DNA of 64,000 bases. It comes from Octopus vulgaris (taxonomy: Eukaryota). Both the position numbers and the translations under genes were made by a program. The notes below the pieces were generated by a model, which had not been told where the DNA came from, did no database searches, and saw only the letters and a list, made by a program, of their open reading frames with translations. The stretch covers positions 18,972,001 to 19,036,000 of the forward strand of contig OX597829.1 of NCBI GenBank assembly GCA_951406725.2. The letters run 5' to 3'. Within the stretch, counting starts at the first letter, position 1. Every line of letters starts with the position of its first letter. Shown in pieces: positions 28,321 to 41,441 of the stretch.

Positions 28321-29054
28321 TAGAGGGGGAGGGAGGGAGGTAGAGAGAGAGATGCAGAATGAGGACAGAAACAGGTGTGTTGCTGTAGAGGAGATATATG
28401 GTTACCCGGTCAGAGGGAGAGAGTAAAAGACAAAGAGAGAGAGAGAGTGATCAAGAATGAGAGAGAGAGAGAGGAAGAGAGTGAGAGGGTGAGAATGCAA
28501 GAGAGAGCAAGTGAGAGATGGTGGTGAAGTACCAGGGCATGCTCTCAAGGTACAGGTATCAGAATATAAATGGGATGGTAGAGTAGAGCGAGAGAGAGAG
28601 ACTGAGAGAGAGAAAGAGAGAGGGGCTGAGATGGTGGCAAGGTGCCAGGGCATTCCTTCAAGGTACAGAGATCAGAATATAAACGGGGATGGTCGCCGCT
28701 TAATGTGGAATGCTGCTAAAAGCCTTCTCCAGGATCAAGAAACCCAAGAAACAACTTGTTTCTCATGTCACTGTATTTCTTCTGCAACTGCCTTACAATG
28801 AAATAATTCCTCTTTCTGGCATAAATCCAAACTAAATTCCATTAATCTCGATTCCTCGTCCTCTCTTCTAATGTTTTCTCCAATGCCTTCATTTCATGCT
28901 CTAATAATCGTTCCGTACAAACTAAATTCTAGGAAATTACCGTTCCGTGTATCTTTTACCTTATATCTTTCACTTGTTTTAGTTATTGAACAGAGGCCAT
29001 GCTGGGGCATCACCTTGAATGGTTTTAGTAATAAAAAAAAATCATTACCAATAT

Positions 29055-29085
<31 letters not shown>

Positions 29086-29335
29086 TTAAGCTTGGTACTT
29101 ATTCTGTTAGCATCTTTTACCAAAACCGCTAAGTTACAGGGCTGCAAACAAACCAACACTTGTTGTCAAGTGGTGGTGGTTAGGGACAAACACTAACACA
29201 AGGAAATACATGTATATATATGTTCCAAATTCAGTCCCACTCGTAGGCACCTTGAGCAAGTATCTCTACTATACTATAGCCTTGGGTCAACCAAAGCCTT
29301 GTGAATGGATTTGATAGACAAAAATTACCAAATCC

Positions 29336-29376
<41 letters not shown>

Positions 29377-31528
29377 CATACATATATAAATGTATATATC
29401 TGTGTGCATGTGTGTCTTTGTGTTTGTGTTTGTGTCTTCCTCCCTGTCACCTGTGTTGGTGTGTTTATGTCCCCATAATTTAGTGGTTCAGCAAAAATAC
29501 CGATAGAATAAATATTAGGCTTTAAAATAAGTCCTTTGGTCAAATTGTTCAACAAGAGCCCTTCAAGATGATGCTCCAGCATGGCCACAGTCAAATGACA
29601 GAAACAAGTAAAAGAATATATATAAGAGTTTGTGTGTGTGTGTATGTGTGTGTGTGTGAGTGAGAGATGGGCTTCTTTCAGTTTCCATCTACCTAATCAT
29701 CTGACATTATTTTGGTTGACCTGAGGCTATAATAGAAAATATTTGTCCAAGTTCAGTCCTACAACATGGGGCTGAACCTGGAACCATGTGTTTCTGAAGC
29801 AAACATCTTACCACAAAGCCATGCCTGCACCTATATATAGTAAAATGAGATCACAAAATGCATATACACAAGCATATAGTCTTCTTTCACTGCAAATACA
29901 GGTCTCTGTACAATTTTGATCACATTCCAACTTTCTGCAGCCTTCATCAAGAGTTAGTCCCCTTGACTTTTCACTCTTCTTACTCTTTTTACTTCCTTAA
30001 ATTCTTTCCTAATTATCTCCTCCACCAGTCTAATAAACTGGATTGCTTTCTGTTTCATTCCATTCATTTTACACATTCTTTTCCATGTATCTTTTCCGCC
30101 TTCACTTAATTCTGCCTGAATCCTCAGCAATCTGTCCCATTTTGCCCTTCAAACAGCACAGAACTATTCACATCATATACTTCCTTTGCTAATTGCTTTC
30201 TAACATTAAACACTTCTGCTACCATAGTTCTGCTACCATGTACTGCCTTTGTTTCAAATAGTGAAGAATTTAATAAAATAACTTTGTCGTTCTTTTATTT
30301 GTTTCAATCATTTGACTGTGGCCATACTGGAGCACCACCTTTAGTTGAGCAAATCGACCCTGGGACTTATTCTTTGTAAACCTAGTGCTTATTCTATCAG
30401 TCTCTTTTGCCAAACGGGGATGTAAACACACCAGCATCGTTTGTCAAGTGATGTTTGGGGGACAAACATATACATCTATACGACTGGCTTCTTTCAGTTT
30501 CCAACTACCAAATCCACCCACAAAGCTTTGGTTGGCCCGAGGCTATAGTAGAAGACACTTGCCTAAAGTGCCACGCAGTGGGACTGAACCCGGAACCATA
30601 TGGTTGGTAAGCAAGCTACTTACCACAGACCCACTCCTGCACCTATATTGAGCTGGTGTTTACAACATAAATTAACATGAAATTTTAATTGAAGATTTTA
30701 ATTTAGATCACTTTAACCCTTTTGTTGATATATTTCTGCTGAAATAAACTGTTTTTGTGTCAATTAATTTTGAAAGTAACAGAGAGAGTTTAGTAAATTA
30801 ACCTTCTCAGTATTAAGCCAGAGTTGGGGAATGAAACTAACATGAAATTTTGAGAGAACATTTTAATTTTAAAGAAGTGAATTTGTATCATGGTTGGAAT
30901 CTAAAAGGTTACAGACCTCTGGATTCATACATTCTCCAAACATTTTCATACATGTCGCTTTGTGCCTTTGCCACCTCTTTCTTTACTACCTTTCTGGCTT
31001 GTGTGTAACTTATAAGTGTTGTTTCCTTGGAACTTTCTTGTCTTTCTTATTTCTTTATTGCTCACAAGGGGCTAAACACAGAGGGGTCAAACAAGGACAG
31101 ACAAACGGATTAAGTCGATTACATCAACCCCAGTGTGTAACTTGTACTTAATTTATCGACCCCGAAAGGATGAAAAGCAAAGTCGACCTCGGCGGAATTT
31201 GAACTCAGAATCTAACAGTAGACAAAATACCGCTAAGCATTTCACCCGGCGTACTTATGTTTCTGCCAGCTCGCCGCCTTACTTTCATGACTTTCTAATA
31301 ACTGACTCTTAACCCTCTGCTATTCTCTGGATCTCTTCTTGTTCTCATCGATCCTCTTTCCAAATCCATGGCAGTGTAGTTAAGAAGTTCACCTCACAAG
31401 TATGTGGTTTGGGGTTCAGTCTCACTGCACTGCACCTTCAGCAAGTGTCTTCTACTATAGCCCAAAACTGATCAGTGTCTTGTGAAAGAATTTGCTAGGT
31501 GGAAGCCTAAGGACATATATCTATTAAT

Positions 31529-31565
<37 letters not shown>

Positions 31566-31568
31566 TAT

Positions 31569-31950
31569 TGGAGGCGCAATGGCCCAGTGGTTAGGGCAGC
31601 AGACTCGTGGTCGTAGGATCGCGGTTTTGATTCCCAGACCGGGCGTTGTGAGTGTTTATTGAGCAAAAACACCTAAAGCTCCACGTGCTCCGGCAGGGAT
31701 GGTGGTGATCCCTGCTGTACTCTTTCACCACAACTTTCTCTCACTCTTACTTCCTGTTTCTGTTGTACCTGTATTTCAAGGGGCCGGCCTTGTCACTCTC
31801 TGTGTCACGCTGAATATCCCCGAGAACTACGTTAAGGGTACACGTGTCTGTGGAGTGCTCAGCCACTTACACGTTAATTTCACGAGCAGGCTGTTCCGTT
31901 GATCGGATCAACCGGAACCCTCGTCGTCGTAACCGACGGAGTGCTTCCAC
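31569..31950 (+). mobile_element. Third tRNA-derived SINE family (ggaggcgcaatggcccagtggttagggcagc head)
   Basis: Pol III A/B boxes; the same head occurs at 42486-42773 (+) and 18770-19066 (-) with a different tail. Confidence 0.8.
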
Positions 31951-31963
31951 CACACATATATAT

Positions 31964-32190
31964 ATAGGGTTGGTGCATTATTATTGAATTTTTTTCAACA
32001 AATTGTATTCAACAAAAACAGTAACAACATGTAACAAAAGCATCTTTAAATGATTATTCCGGAGCATATTCACCATTTACTTCAATAACTGCTTCCCATT
32101 TGCTTGGCAGACGGTCAGACCATCATTTAAAGATGTTTTTGTTAAATATTGTTATTGTTTTTGTTGAATAAAATTTGTTGAAAAAAGGCT
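31964..32190 (-). mobile_element. mariner deletion derivative
   Basis: Long inverted arms (about 31990-32053 and 32123-32187) enclosing the transposase C-terminus DRLPSKWEAVIEVNGEYAPE*. Confidence 0.7.
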
Positions 32191-32379
32191 ACCGAATAAT
32201 TGTCACATATTATTTTACAGATAAATTTCCTCTATTTACATAAAATTTACTCTTTCTTTCTTTTGTTATCTTACCGTTTTAACCAATATATATATATATC
32301 ATGATCATGTGATCAATCAATCTATCAAATTGTTGTTCTATTGCTGCTGCTGCTACTACTACTACTGCTGCTGCTGCTG

Positions 32380-32430
<51 letters not shown>

Positions 32431-32698
32431 TTATTATTATTATTAATGATGAGGATGTTAATAATAATCCTTCCTACAATATGCACAAGGCCCAAAATTC
32501 AAAATTCGTAGAGGATGAGTTGATTACATTGCCCCCAATTCTCCACTGGTACTTATTGCATTAAGCCTAAAAGGATGAAAGACAAAGTTGACTTGGTGGA
32601 ATTTGATCTTAGAATGTAAAATTTTTATCTCAGAAGTCCTCACAAAATGCTGTTAGGCATTTTATCTGGTGTGCTAATGATTTTGCCAGCTTACCACC

Positions 32699-32751
<53 letters not shown>

Positions 32752-32804
32752 TAATAATAATAATAATAATAGTAATAATAATAATAATAATAAAAAATTT
32801 AAAA

Positions 32805-32853
<49 letters not shown>

Positions 32854-33419
32854 GATGCAGAACCAGGCAGTGGCTTCTGATCTTAACTGATTGGAAGTGT
32901 TATCATGTACATTGTTTTGTCTTGGTATGAAAGGTGGGCTACAGCAAATATTCTGCTCAATACCACAGATTTGCTTGTTAGTTGTTTGACCATAACCAGT
33001 TGAGCATGTCCCTTAGTGGCTGACGATATGTTCGTCTCTGAACACGAGCAGAAGTAGTGGAGGAGCATCATAGCCATGTGCTGAGGGGAATTGTTTGGGG
33101 TTTGGATAATTCACCTTTGAAAACACAGGTGTTTCGTTCAGCATCCTTAAACAACCCTTATTCAGGGACCTTTTGAGTAGGATGGGATACTCAACTTGAA
33201 GAAAATTCTAACTGGGCCTCACTTGCAAGGTTATGTGTTGTTTATCTTGATATGAAATCACCATGTCATGCACATATGGTTGTGATGCATGTTCCAGGTG
33301 TATCCTTATCAGATGGGTAGTAATGATGGGTATATTGGGCTAACACACCTGCTTGTTGCTCCTTCACCTGTCTTGTCTTTTGTTTTCTGTAAATTCGAAC
33401 TATATATATATATATATAT

Positions 33420-33750
33420 ATAAAATTATAATTTAGGGTATCTAAGAGATACCACCACGCTAGAAATAGCATGCTTTGCCTCATCAGTGGAATATAAACA
33501 GCACATAAATACAGACATATATATATACATATATATATAGTGTATATTCCACTGATGAGGCAAAGCATTTCTTATGCAGAGCCAGAAACCCGGGATCTGG
33601 AATTATCCAGTAATTTTTTGCTAGTTTATTTTGTCTCTTTGTCTTTTCTCCTGGTGCTGTATGAACATTTAATGTGGTTTTAGAGTCAAGTTTTGGCTGC
33701 TATTTCTAGCGTGGTGGTATCTCTTAGATACCCTAAATTATAATTTTAAT
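33420..33750. mobile_element. PLE-like fold-back remnant with hammerhead
   Basis: 33420-33470 is the reverse complement of about 33699-33748, and 33471-33497 is the reverse complement of about 33541-33568; flanked by (TA)n. Confidence 0.65.
33546..33603 (+). ncRNA. Minimal type I hammerhead ribozyme-like motif
   Basis: AUUCCA-CUGAUGA-GGC..GCAU/AUGC..GCC-A-GAAA-CCCGGG-AUC^UGGAAU. Perfect 6-bp stem I, intact core, palindromic CCCGGG, slightly irregular stem III base. Confidence 0.6.
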
Positions 33751-33837
33751 AATAATTATTACCTTTGAAGGTTTTTATTCCCATGCTGGCCACTTGATAA
33801 GTTCAATATTTAAATAATGATCTTATCCCTATGTATA

Positions 33838-33903
<66 letters not shown>

Positions 33904-33946
33904 CATACACACACACACACACTCACATACATACATACATACATAT

Positions 33947-34460
33947 ATGATGGCTACTCCCTCGTTATCGCGTATGGCCATTGCACGAAGCTTAACTGTT
34001 ATTAGTGCTGTGATTGAACATAACTTTTTAGCCCAGCTCAAGATCTATAATGTCTTGTACAGAATTGGCAGCGAAAACCTTTACTGGCAATAGCTAGCTG
34101 TAGTTGTAACTGGGCTTCATGTACCTTTGCCTGTTGTTTAAGTCCTCCTGCCGAATTACACTCCCTTCCACATGCCTGACAGATATGATTAGTATGGTGT
34201 GTAGCATCACAACCAGCAGCCTGGTTGTCAATCATCTGTCTCACTTTATGACGACGAAGATGGCTCTTGAGTCCAGCTTTACTGAGGCAGTGTTTGTGCA
34301 AGACACTGCATTTCAGCATCATAGGAAGACCCTTCCCATCTGGAAGTGCAACAGTGATGCCCTTCCTGACATCCCTCCTTACTTTCTCTTGCACAACTTG
34401 AGATTTCTCAAAAGTAGTTGTCCCCTCATGTACAATCCTTCTCCACCTGCTATGGTCAGT
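33947..34460 (-). mobile_element. RTE/BovB-like LINE 3' fragment with three C2H2-like zinc fingers
   Basis: DHSRWRRIVHEGTTTFEK followed by CLSKAGLKSHLRRH, CQACGRECNSAGGLKQQAKVH and CQFCTRHYRS*AGLKSYVQSQH; in-frame stop shows decay. Confidence 0.7.
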
Positions 34461-34974
34461 ATACAAATGTGTACATACATGTATATATGTGTTTATCTTG
34501 TATGTGTTTTACACATCATACAATGAATTCTATTGTCTTCTGCCTCTAACCATTTCATTTTATTAACATTACAGAAACGACAAAGCCCACTTTGTAAGTT
34601 CAGGGTTTGGTGATAAACTTACACACGCACACAAATATATACACACATACATACACACATACACACACTTACATACACTTGCATACACAGACAGACACAG
34701 ACACATGCACACATACATACATACTTACATGACTGTTTGTGTATGTAAAACACCTATCACCAGCAGCATATATACATACATATATATATATGTGTGTGTG
34801 TGTGAGTGTATATATATATGTATATATATATGTGTGTGTGTATATATATATATATATGTATGTGCATATATATATGTGTGTATATGTATGCATATATATA
34901 TATGTATGTGAATATATATATGTGTATATATGTATGTATATATAATATATATAATATATATATATGTATGTATG

Positions 34975-35008
<34 letters not shown>

Positions 35009-35134
35009 CGTGTGTGTGCATAAGAAAGCAATATTACTCATATCCATTTCTTCCAGTTCCATTATAACCAATATCTATTTCCCAGATGTAATAATTATTT
35101 TTGTTTGTTTGTTTGTTTTATTTTGGTTTTGTTT

Positions 35135-36010
35135 TGTCTTCTTCTTTTTCTTCTTCTTCTTCTTCTTCTTCTTCTTCTCCTCCTCCTCCTGTTCCTCCTC
35201 CTCTTTCCCCCTCCTCCCCCCTCCTCCCCTCCACCCGTCCTCCTCCGTTTCTTCTCCCTCCCCATTCTCCTACTCCCATCCCTCTCCTCCTCCTCCTCCT
35301 TCTTCTTCTCTTTCTTCTTCTTCTTCTTTCTTCTTCTTCTTCTTCTTTCTTCTTCTTCTTCTTTCTTCTTCTTTCTTCTTCTTCTTCTTCTTCTTCTTCT
35401 TCTTCTTCTTCTTCTTCTTCTTCTTCTTCTTCTTCTCTTCTTCTTCTTCTTCTTCTTCTTCTTCTTCTTCTTCTTCTTCTTCTTCTTCTTCTTCTTCTTC
35501 TCCTCCTCCTCCTTCTTCTTCGTCATCTTCTTCTTCTTCTTCTTCTTCTTCTTCTTCTTTGTCTTCTTCTTCTTCTTCTTCTTCTTCTCCTCCTCCTCCT
35601 TCTTCTTCTTCGTCATCTTCTTCTTCTTCTTCTTCTTCTTCTTCTTCTTCTTCTTCTTCTTCTTCTTCTTCTTCTTCTTCTTCGTCATCTTTCTTCTTCT
35701 TTCTTCTTCTTCTCCACCTCCTCCTCCTTCTTCTTCTCTTTCTCCTTCTCCTTCTTCTTCTTCTTCTTCTCCTCCTCCTCTTTCTTCTTCTTCTCCTCCT
35801 CCTTCTTCTTCTTCTTATTCTTCTTCTCCTTCTTCTTCTTCTTCTTCTTCTTCTTCTTCTTCGTCTTCTTCTTCTTCCTCCTCCTCCTCCTCCTCTTCTT
35901 CTTCTTCTTCTTCTTCTTCTTCTTCCTCCTCCTCCTCCTCCTCCTCCTCCTCCTTCTTCTTCTTCTTCTTCTTCTTCTTCTTCTTCTTCTTCTTCTCCTT
36001 CTTCTTCTTC
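35135..36010. repeat. About 0.9-kb (CTT/CCT)n polypyrimidine microsatellite
   Basis: Almost pure C/T on the plus strand; explains the poly-S/L/F and poly-E/K/R ORFs. Confidence 0.95.
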
Positions 36011-36192
36011 ACTCGTGCCAATATCAATTCTGACATTAACATTGCCAATATTACTTCCACAACATACCAATATCAAAGATACTCACTTCTCTCTACGTCA
36101 ATTATGTGACTGATTGATATATCTGCATTTTCAATCTGTACCATTTATGAATATTGTTTATTTCATCTGCACCGAGATTAAGACTCATATAT

Positions 36193-36245
<53 letters not shown>

Positions 36246-37268
36246 GGTGGTGGTGGTGGTGGTGGTTGGAGGAGATAGGGGATGAGAGACAAGACCAGAA
36301 TTTGTGTAAGGAACTGTTTATAGTCATTATTACCATCAATCAATCAATCCATCAATCATCAATCAACAGTCGTCAGTTTATCAATCGGCACCTATCGTTG
36401 ATCATTGTCATTGTCGATGTTGTTGTTGTTGATGTCATTGTCATCGCCACCACCACCCCCACCACTACAATCACTACAATTATCATCATCATTATTGTTG
36501 TCATCATCATCATCATCATCATTGTCATTATTGTTGTCATCATCATGATCATGATCATCATCATCATTATTGCCACCATCATCATCATCATCATCATCAT
36601 CATCATTACCATCATCAGCTTCACCACCAACACCACCATTGTCATTGTCATCATCATCATCATTTGTCATTGTTTTCCTGGTCTTAACACTAACCCTGCC
36701 TCTACCACTACCACCACCGCCACCACCACCACCACCACCCCTACCACAAAAGCACTCCTACCATAATAACCATTAATGAAATACCAACAATTGTTTCAAT
36801 TAAATCTTCATCTATACTGAGCCGAGCATCTATTATTTAACAAGTAAATCCTGTTACTTGCTAATTAGTTACACTCGTCTAATTTCTTTAATAAATACCG
36901 TCTTATACTCACATTCTGCTTGTTCAAAGAATCCAGACAATTTTCTCAAAATGATAAAGAAAAGAAAGAAAGAAAGAAAAAGGAAAAAGAAAAGAAAGTG
37001 TAAAAAAAAAAATTGATATACTTCTTTCTTGCAGTCTGCAGATGCAGATGTTTTCATGTTCTTCCTCAGTTTTTGAAATTTCCAGAACAAAGCAGATTTT
37101 TACATAACTAACATGTCTTTTTTTTTATATTCCAATTATCCATTATTAAAATTCTCAAGACAAAAAGCAACAACAAAAATTGCTGGAGTCTATTGATATA
37201 GATTATGCTCTAAGACTTAGTTTTACCATTACAAGACAAAGGACAGTGAACTATCAGAGTTGTTAGAA

Positions 37269-38004
37269 CTGTGGTTCTCATCCATATTTTTTTTACCTAT
37301 GGACCCCTCTGTTTCATTTCTATTTCACTTATAGGTTTTAAAAATATCCTATTATATTTTTATAATTAAATATTAGAAAATATTAGGTGCATGGCTCAGT
37401 GGTTTGAGCAAAGGGCTCACAATCATGTAGTAGTGAGTTCAATTCCTGGACAAAGCTGTGTGTTCTGTTCTTGAGCAAGGCATTTTATTTCACATTGCTC
37501 CAGTTCAGTCAGCTGTTGATGTTGAGTTGCAATGCCACTGGTGCTAAGCTGTATCGGTTTTTGCCTTTCCATTGGATAACATCAGTGGTCTGGAGAGGGG
37601 AGGCTGGTATGCTGGTCTTCCATAAACAACCCTGCCTGGACTTGTGCCCTAGAAGAGAGCTTTCTAGGTGCAATCCTATGGTCATTCTTGGTCGAAGGGG
37701 GTCTTTACTCTTTTTTTGTGTGTGTGCACGTGTGTTTATGTGTGTGCGCATGTGTGTGTGTGAGTGTGTCTGAATGTGCATGGCTCAGTTGTTAGAGCGT
37801 CAGGCTTACAACCATGAAGTAGTGAGTTCAATTCTTTGACCATTCATGACCAAAGAGAGTCTTTACCATTTTTATTAGGAATTATATATAAAAAAAATTG
37901 TTAGATTATTTTGTGTATTATAGAAGTATAAACAATTTATTGCAGATAAAGATTAACAACAAAATCTTACACGGACCCCTAGGACCCCTAATCGAGAGAC
38001 ACTG
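37269..38004. mobile_element. Decayed hAT/Charlie-like MITE interrupted by SINEs
   Basis: Ends ctgtggttctca / gagagacactg, ggacccc subterminal motifs, degenerate TSD tgttagaa / tgtttaga. Confidence 0.5.
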
Positions 38005-38344
38005 TGTTTAGATTGTTGGGGGAGGGAGGCCCTGTAGTATTTTATTGTGACACTTTACATTGTGAGTTCAAATCTCACTAAGGTCAACTTTGTTTTTCAA
38101 TTTTTTAGGGTTGATAAAATAAAGTACTTAGGGGTTGAGAGTAATGACTTACCCTGCTCATCCCACCCCACCCCCCAAAATTGCCGGGCTTGTGCCTAAA
38201 TTAGAAACTGTTATTAATACAGTGAAAGAATGTATCTTCAGCATCTGCATATATTATTTATTTATATACTTTATTTATTGATTTTTTTACTTGTTAGTGT
38301 GTGGAATGTTAGTGTGTATGTATGTGTGCATGTTTGTGTGTGCC

Positions 38345-38385
<41 letters not shown>

Positions 38386-39831
38386 CTGTGTCTGTGTCTA
38401 AGCACCTCATATCTCTTAACTTAGCAGTTTGGCAAACAGATCTTACTAAAATCAGTATCAGATTCCAATAGATTCTAAGACACAAAGATCCATGTGATCA
38501 ATGTAAACTTTGAAAGATTGTGCTCCAGCATGACCACATTTCAATGGCTGCAACTAATGAGAGAATCGTAGGAAAGAATAATATCATAACAAGCAAGAAT
38601 TTGTGAAATTCCATTTTTTTTTTTTTCACAAGCAACTATGAATTTATGTGAGAGGATGCATGACCTAACAGTTCGTGTGTTGCACTTACAATAGAGAGAT
38701 CAAGGGTTCGATTCCCAGATGGGGATTGAGCTGATGCACGGCACAAACATTTGATCATTATAATCAGATCATCTTGTGCAAGTTGTTTATCAAGAAACTA
38801 CAGAACTGTCTTTCTTGGATCAAGGGATTACCTTTAATTAAGTAATTAACGAGTTGTGAAAGCCTTTACAGAAATGTTGTATTGAATTTAGGTAGGTCTT
38901 CCAAACAGACACCTACTTACTTACCTCCCTACCTGCATATCTGCTTACCTACCTACATACCCATCTACTTACCTACATACCTGCACACCGACCTACCTGC
39001 CTACCTATCTACCTGCAATTAGGCTTTAGAAAAAAAAACATTGTCTAATAATACACATGTGTTTACTAAATTATATCACTCTACAGCCTTCTCCTCCTCT
39101 TTCTCCTTCCCCGCCTCCTTCTCCACCTCTTTCTCCTTCCCCGCCTCCTTCTCCACCTCTTTCTCCTTTTCTTCATCCTTTCCTCGTTCCCTCCTCTTCA
39201 TTCACCTCCTCTTCATTCACCTCCTCTTTGTTCTCTTCATCTTCTTTCTCCTTCTCTTCTCATCATCACTGCCACCATCATCATTTACCCTCACCACCAC
39301 TTCCATCACCACCACAACCACCACCACCACCATCATCAACATCACCACTGCTGCTAACACTTCAACCACTTCCACCACCACCGTCAACATCATCATTGTC
39401 ATCATTATTACTATCATCATCATCATCATCATCATCATCATAGATCTGTTCCCAAATAAATTTTGATAAGAATGGAGTGAGAGGCATTCAGCAAGAACAA
39501 TCGGTAAACAGAAATGGTAATGACATGGCATCAAAGAATTGACAAGAGGGTTTCTAGAGAGGCAAATCACTAGACGTACTAGAAATAGCAGCTAAATCTA
39601 CCTCAAACCACATACTAACATCTCAGAGAAAAGAAAAGAACACAATGAGTAATGTAATGTTGGCTATATTAATTCTCAGTCATGAGGGTCATGCGGATTG
39701 TGTAAATGTAACCACCATGATGCCCTGGGAACCAACATGTTAAATGTGAGGAAACTACAGAAATGGAGGTTTTCTGACCTCCACAATGAACGGTCAGCAA
39801 TCTCTTTGTGATTTGATGAAGGTTAAATCAT

Positions 39832-40062
39832 TTAACCCATTAGCATTTAAACCAGCCATAACTGGCCAAAATATTCTACCTGTTTTATGTTAAAAATAGA
39901 ACCAGATCCAGCCTCTCACACCTATCTTACAATGTCATACTAAAAATAAGCAATCAAAACCATTGAAATCGCAAAGCGACAAGATAATGCATGATCAATT
40001 CAAAGCAATGTGAATAAATAAGTATTACATATGACAGAATAATCTGAATGCTAAAGGGTTAT
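39832..40062. mobile_element. Second piggyBac-like MITE family
   Basis: ttaacccattagcattt ... gaatgctaaagggttat; related partial copies at about 9347-9460 and 27191-27345. Confidence 0.6.
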
Positions 40063-40070
40063 ACTATTAC

Positions 40071-40706
40071 AAAATTACTATTTTTAAATCTCATGTGAGA
40101 TATTCAGCAACAGTACTTTGTAGTAAAGATTGTTTGCCAACATAACATGGCAGTCCTAGTTTAGGATGAATGTTGCTGTAATTTAGTCCCATGAAACATT
40201 GTCTCCAGCTGGCTATACAACATGATCTGCATCCTTATATTTTCAAACAAGGGAATCTAGCACCCCCACTCAGCTCAAAACAATATCTGTGTATCGCGAT
40301 TTCTAGGTTATTTCCCTTCATCAGCACAGAATAATTGTTTGGCTAGAAGTGGTGTTGGCAAAATTCCCACTTGAAATATATAGATTTTACTGTTCTATAA
40401 ATTAGAAAATTACTATTTTTTAATTTCACAACATGAGATGTTCAGCAACAGTACTTTGTAGTAAAGATTGTTTGCCAACATAACATGGCAGTCCTGGTTT
40501 AGGATGAATGTTACTGTAATTTAGCTCCAGGAGATATTGTTTAGAGCTGGGTGGGGGTACTAGATTCCCTTGTTTGAAAATATAAGGACATAGATCATGT
40601 CATGTAGCCAGCTGGAGATGATGTCTTCTGAGGCTAAATTACAACAACATTCGTCCTAAACCAGGACTGCCATGTTATGTTGGTAAACAATCTTTACTAC
40701 AGGACT
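40071..40706. mobile_element. Non-coding PLE-like element with tandem plus inverted repeat architecture around a hammerhead
   Basis: 40071-40195 is repeated directly at about 40406-40530; about 40532-40706 is an inverted copy of about 40110-40288. Confidence 0.7.
40286..40330 (-). ncRNA. Minimal type I hammerhead ribozyme motif
   Basis: Minus strand: UCUGUG-CUGAUGA-AGG(gaaauaa)CCU-A-GAAA-UCGCGA-UA^CACAGA. Perfect 6-bp stem I, intact core, palindromic stem III (AUCGCGAU). Confidence 0.75.
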
Positions 40707-41066
40707 ATGTATGTTCAGACATTGACTAGAGAACCTCCTCCCCCTCCTCTTTCTCCTTTTCCTTATCATCAATTAAGTTCCAGTTTCCATGCTCACATTA
40801 GTTGGATAGTTTCACAGGATCTAGTAACCCAGAGAGCTGCACCAGGCTCCAATTGTCTGTTTTGGCAAGGTTTCTATGGTTGGCTGCCCTTCCTAATGGT
40901 GCTTTTTTTATGTGGCAAAAAAAAATTAAATATGTGTATTCTTCACACCTGCCTTGCTCCTTAATTTCAAATTCTAACTTCTAATCCCACCAAACTTTAT
41001 GAAGAAATGATTATCTTCCTTGTACTAGTTGTTTGCCAGGGAACACCACATGTCTTTATCATTTAA

Positions 41067-41441
41067 CTAGCAGTATAGCCTGGCTTGCTTGAGTTTATTT
41101 TCCTGTCAACCCTTTAGAACTGGAATTTTTGAAAAGTAAAAATTTTGCATTATGTAGCTTGTTATTCTCTTCAAGTGAACATTTTTCTGGGTGAAATACA
41201 CCGAAAAATGGCGACACAGCAGTCAAAAAATCGTAAAAAAATAGGGATTTTCATAGTAAAAAAGCAACTTTTTGATGTAAATAATTTTTGGTCTTAACAT
41301 GGTATGATTTGAATTTTTTCTTCTATCATACTTTCAATTTTGGTCAACTTGCACCACAGGGTCTCAGAGGAGATAGTGTTAGTTGAAGGCTACCAAACCT
41401 GCCACACATACACAGACAACTTCAGCTTTATATATAAAGAT
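41067..41441 (-). mobile_element. Helitron/DINE-like non-autonomous element (similar ends at 52644-53292 and about 17080-17232)
   Basis: Begins ACTAG on the plus strand and ends cacacagac...tttatatataaagat, the usual layout of such elements. Confidence 0.5.

Noticed and set aside
34806-36113. Long ORFs (435, 334, 310, 268 aa)
   Set aside because: Translations of TA and CTT/CCT microsatellites; open in several frames and with no splice or homology support.
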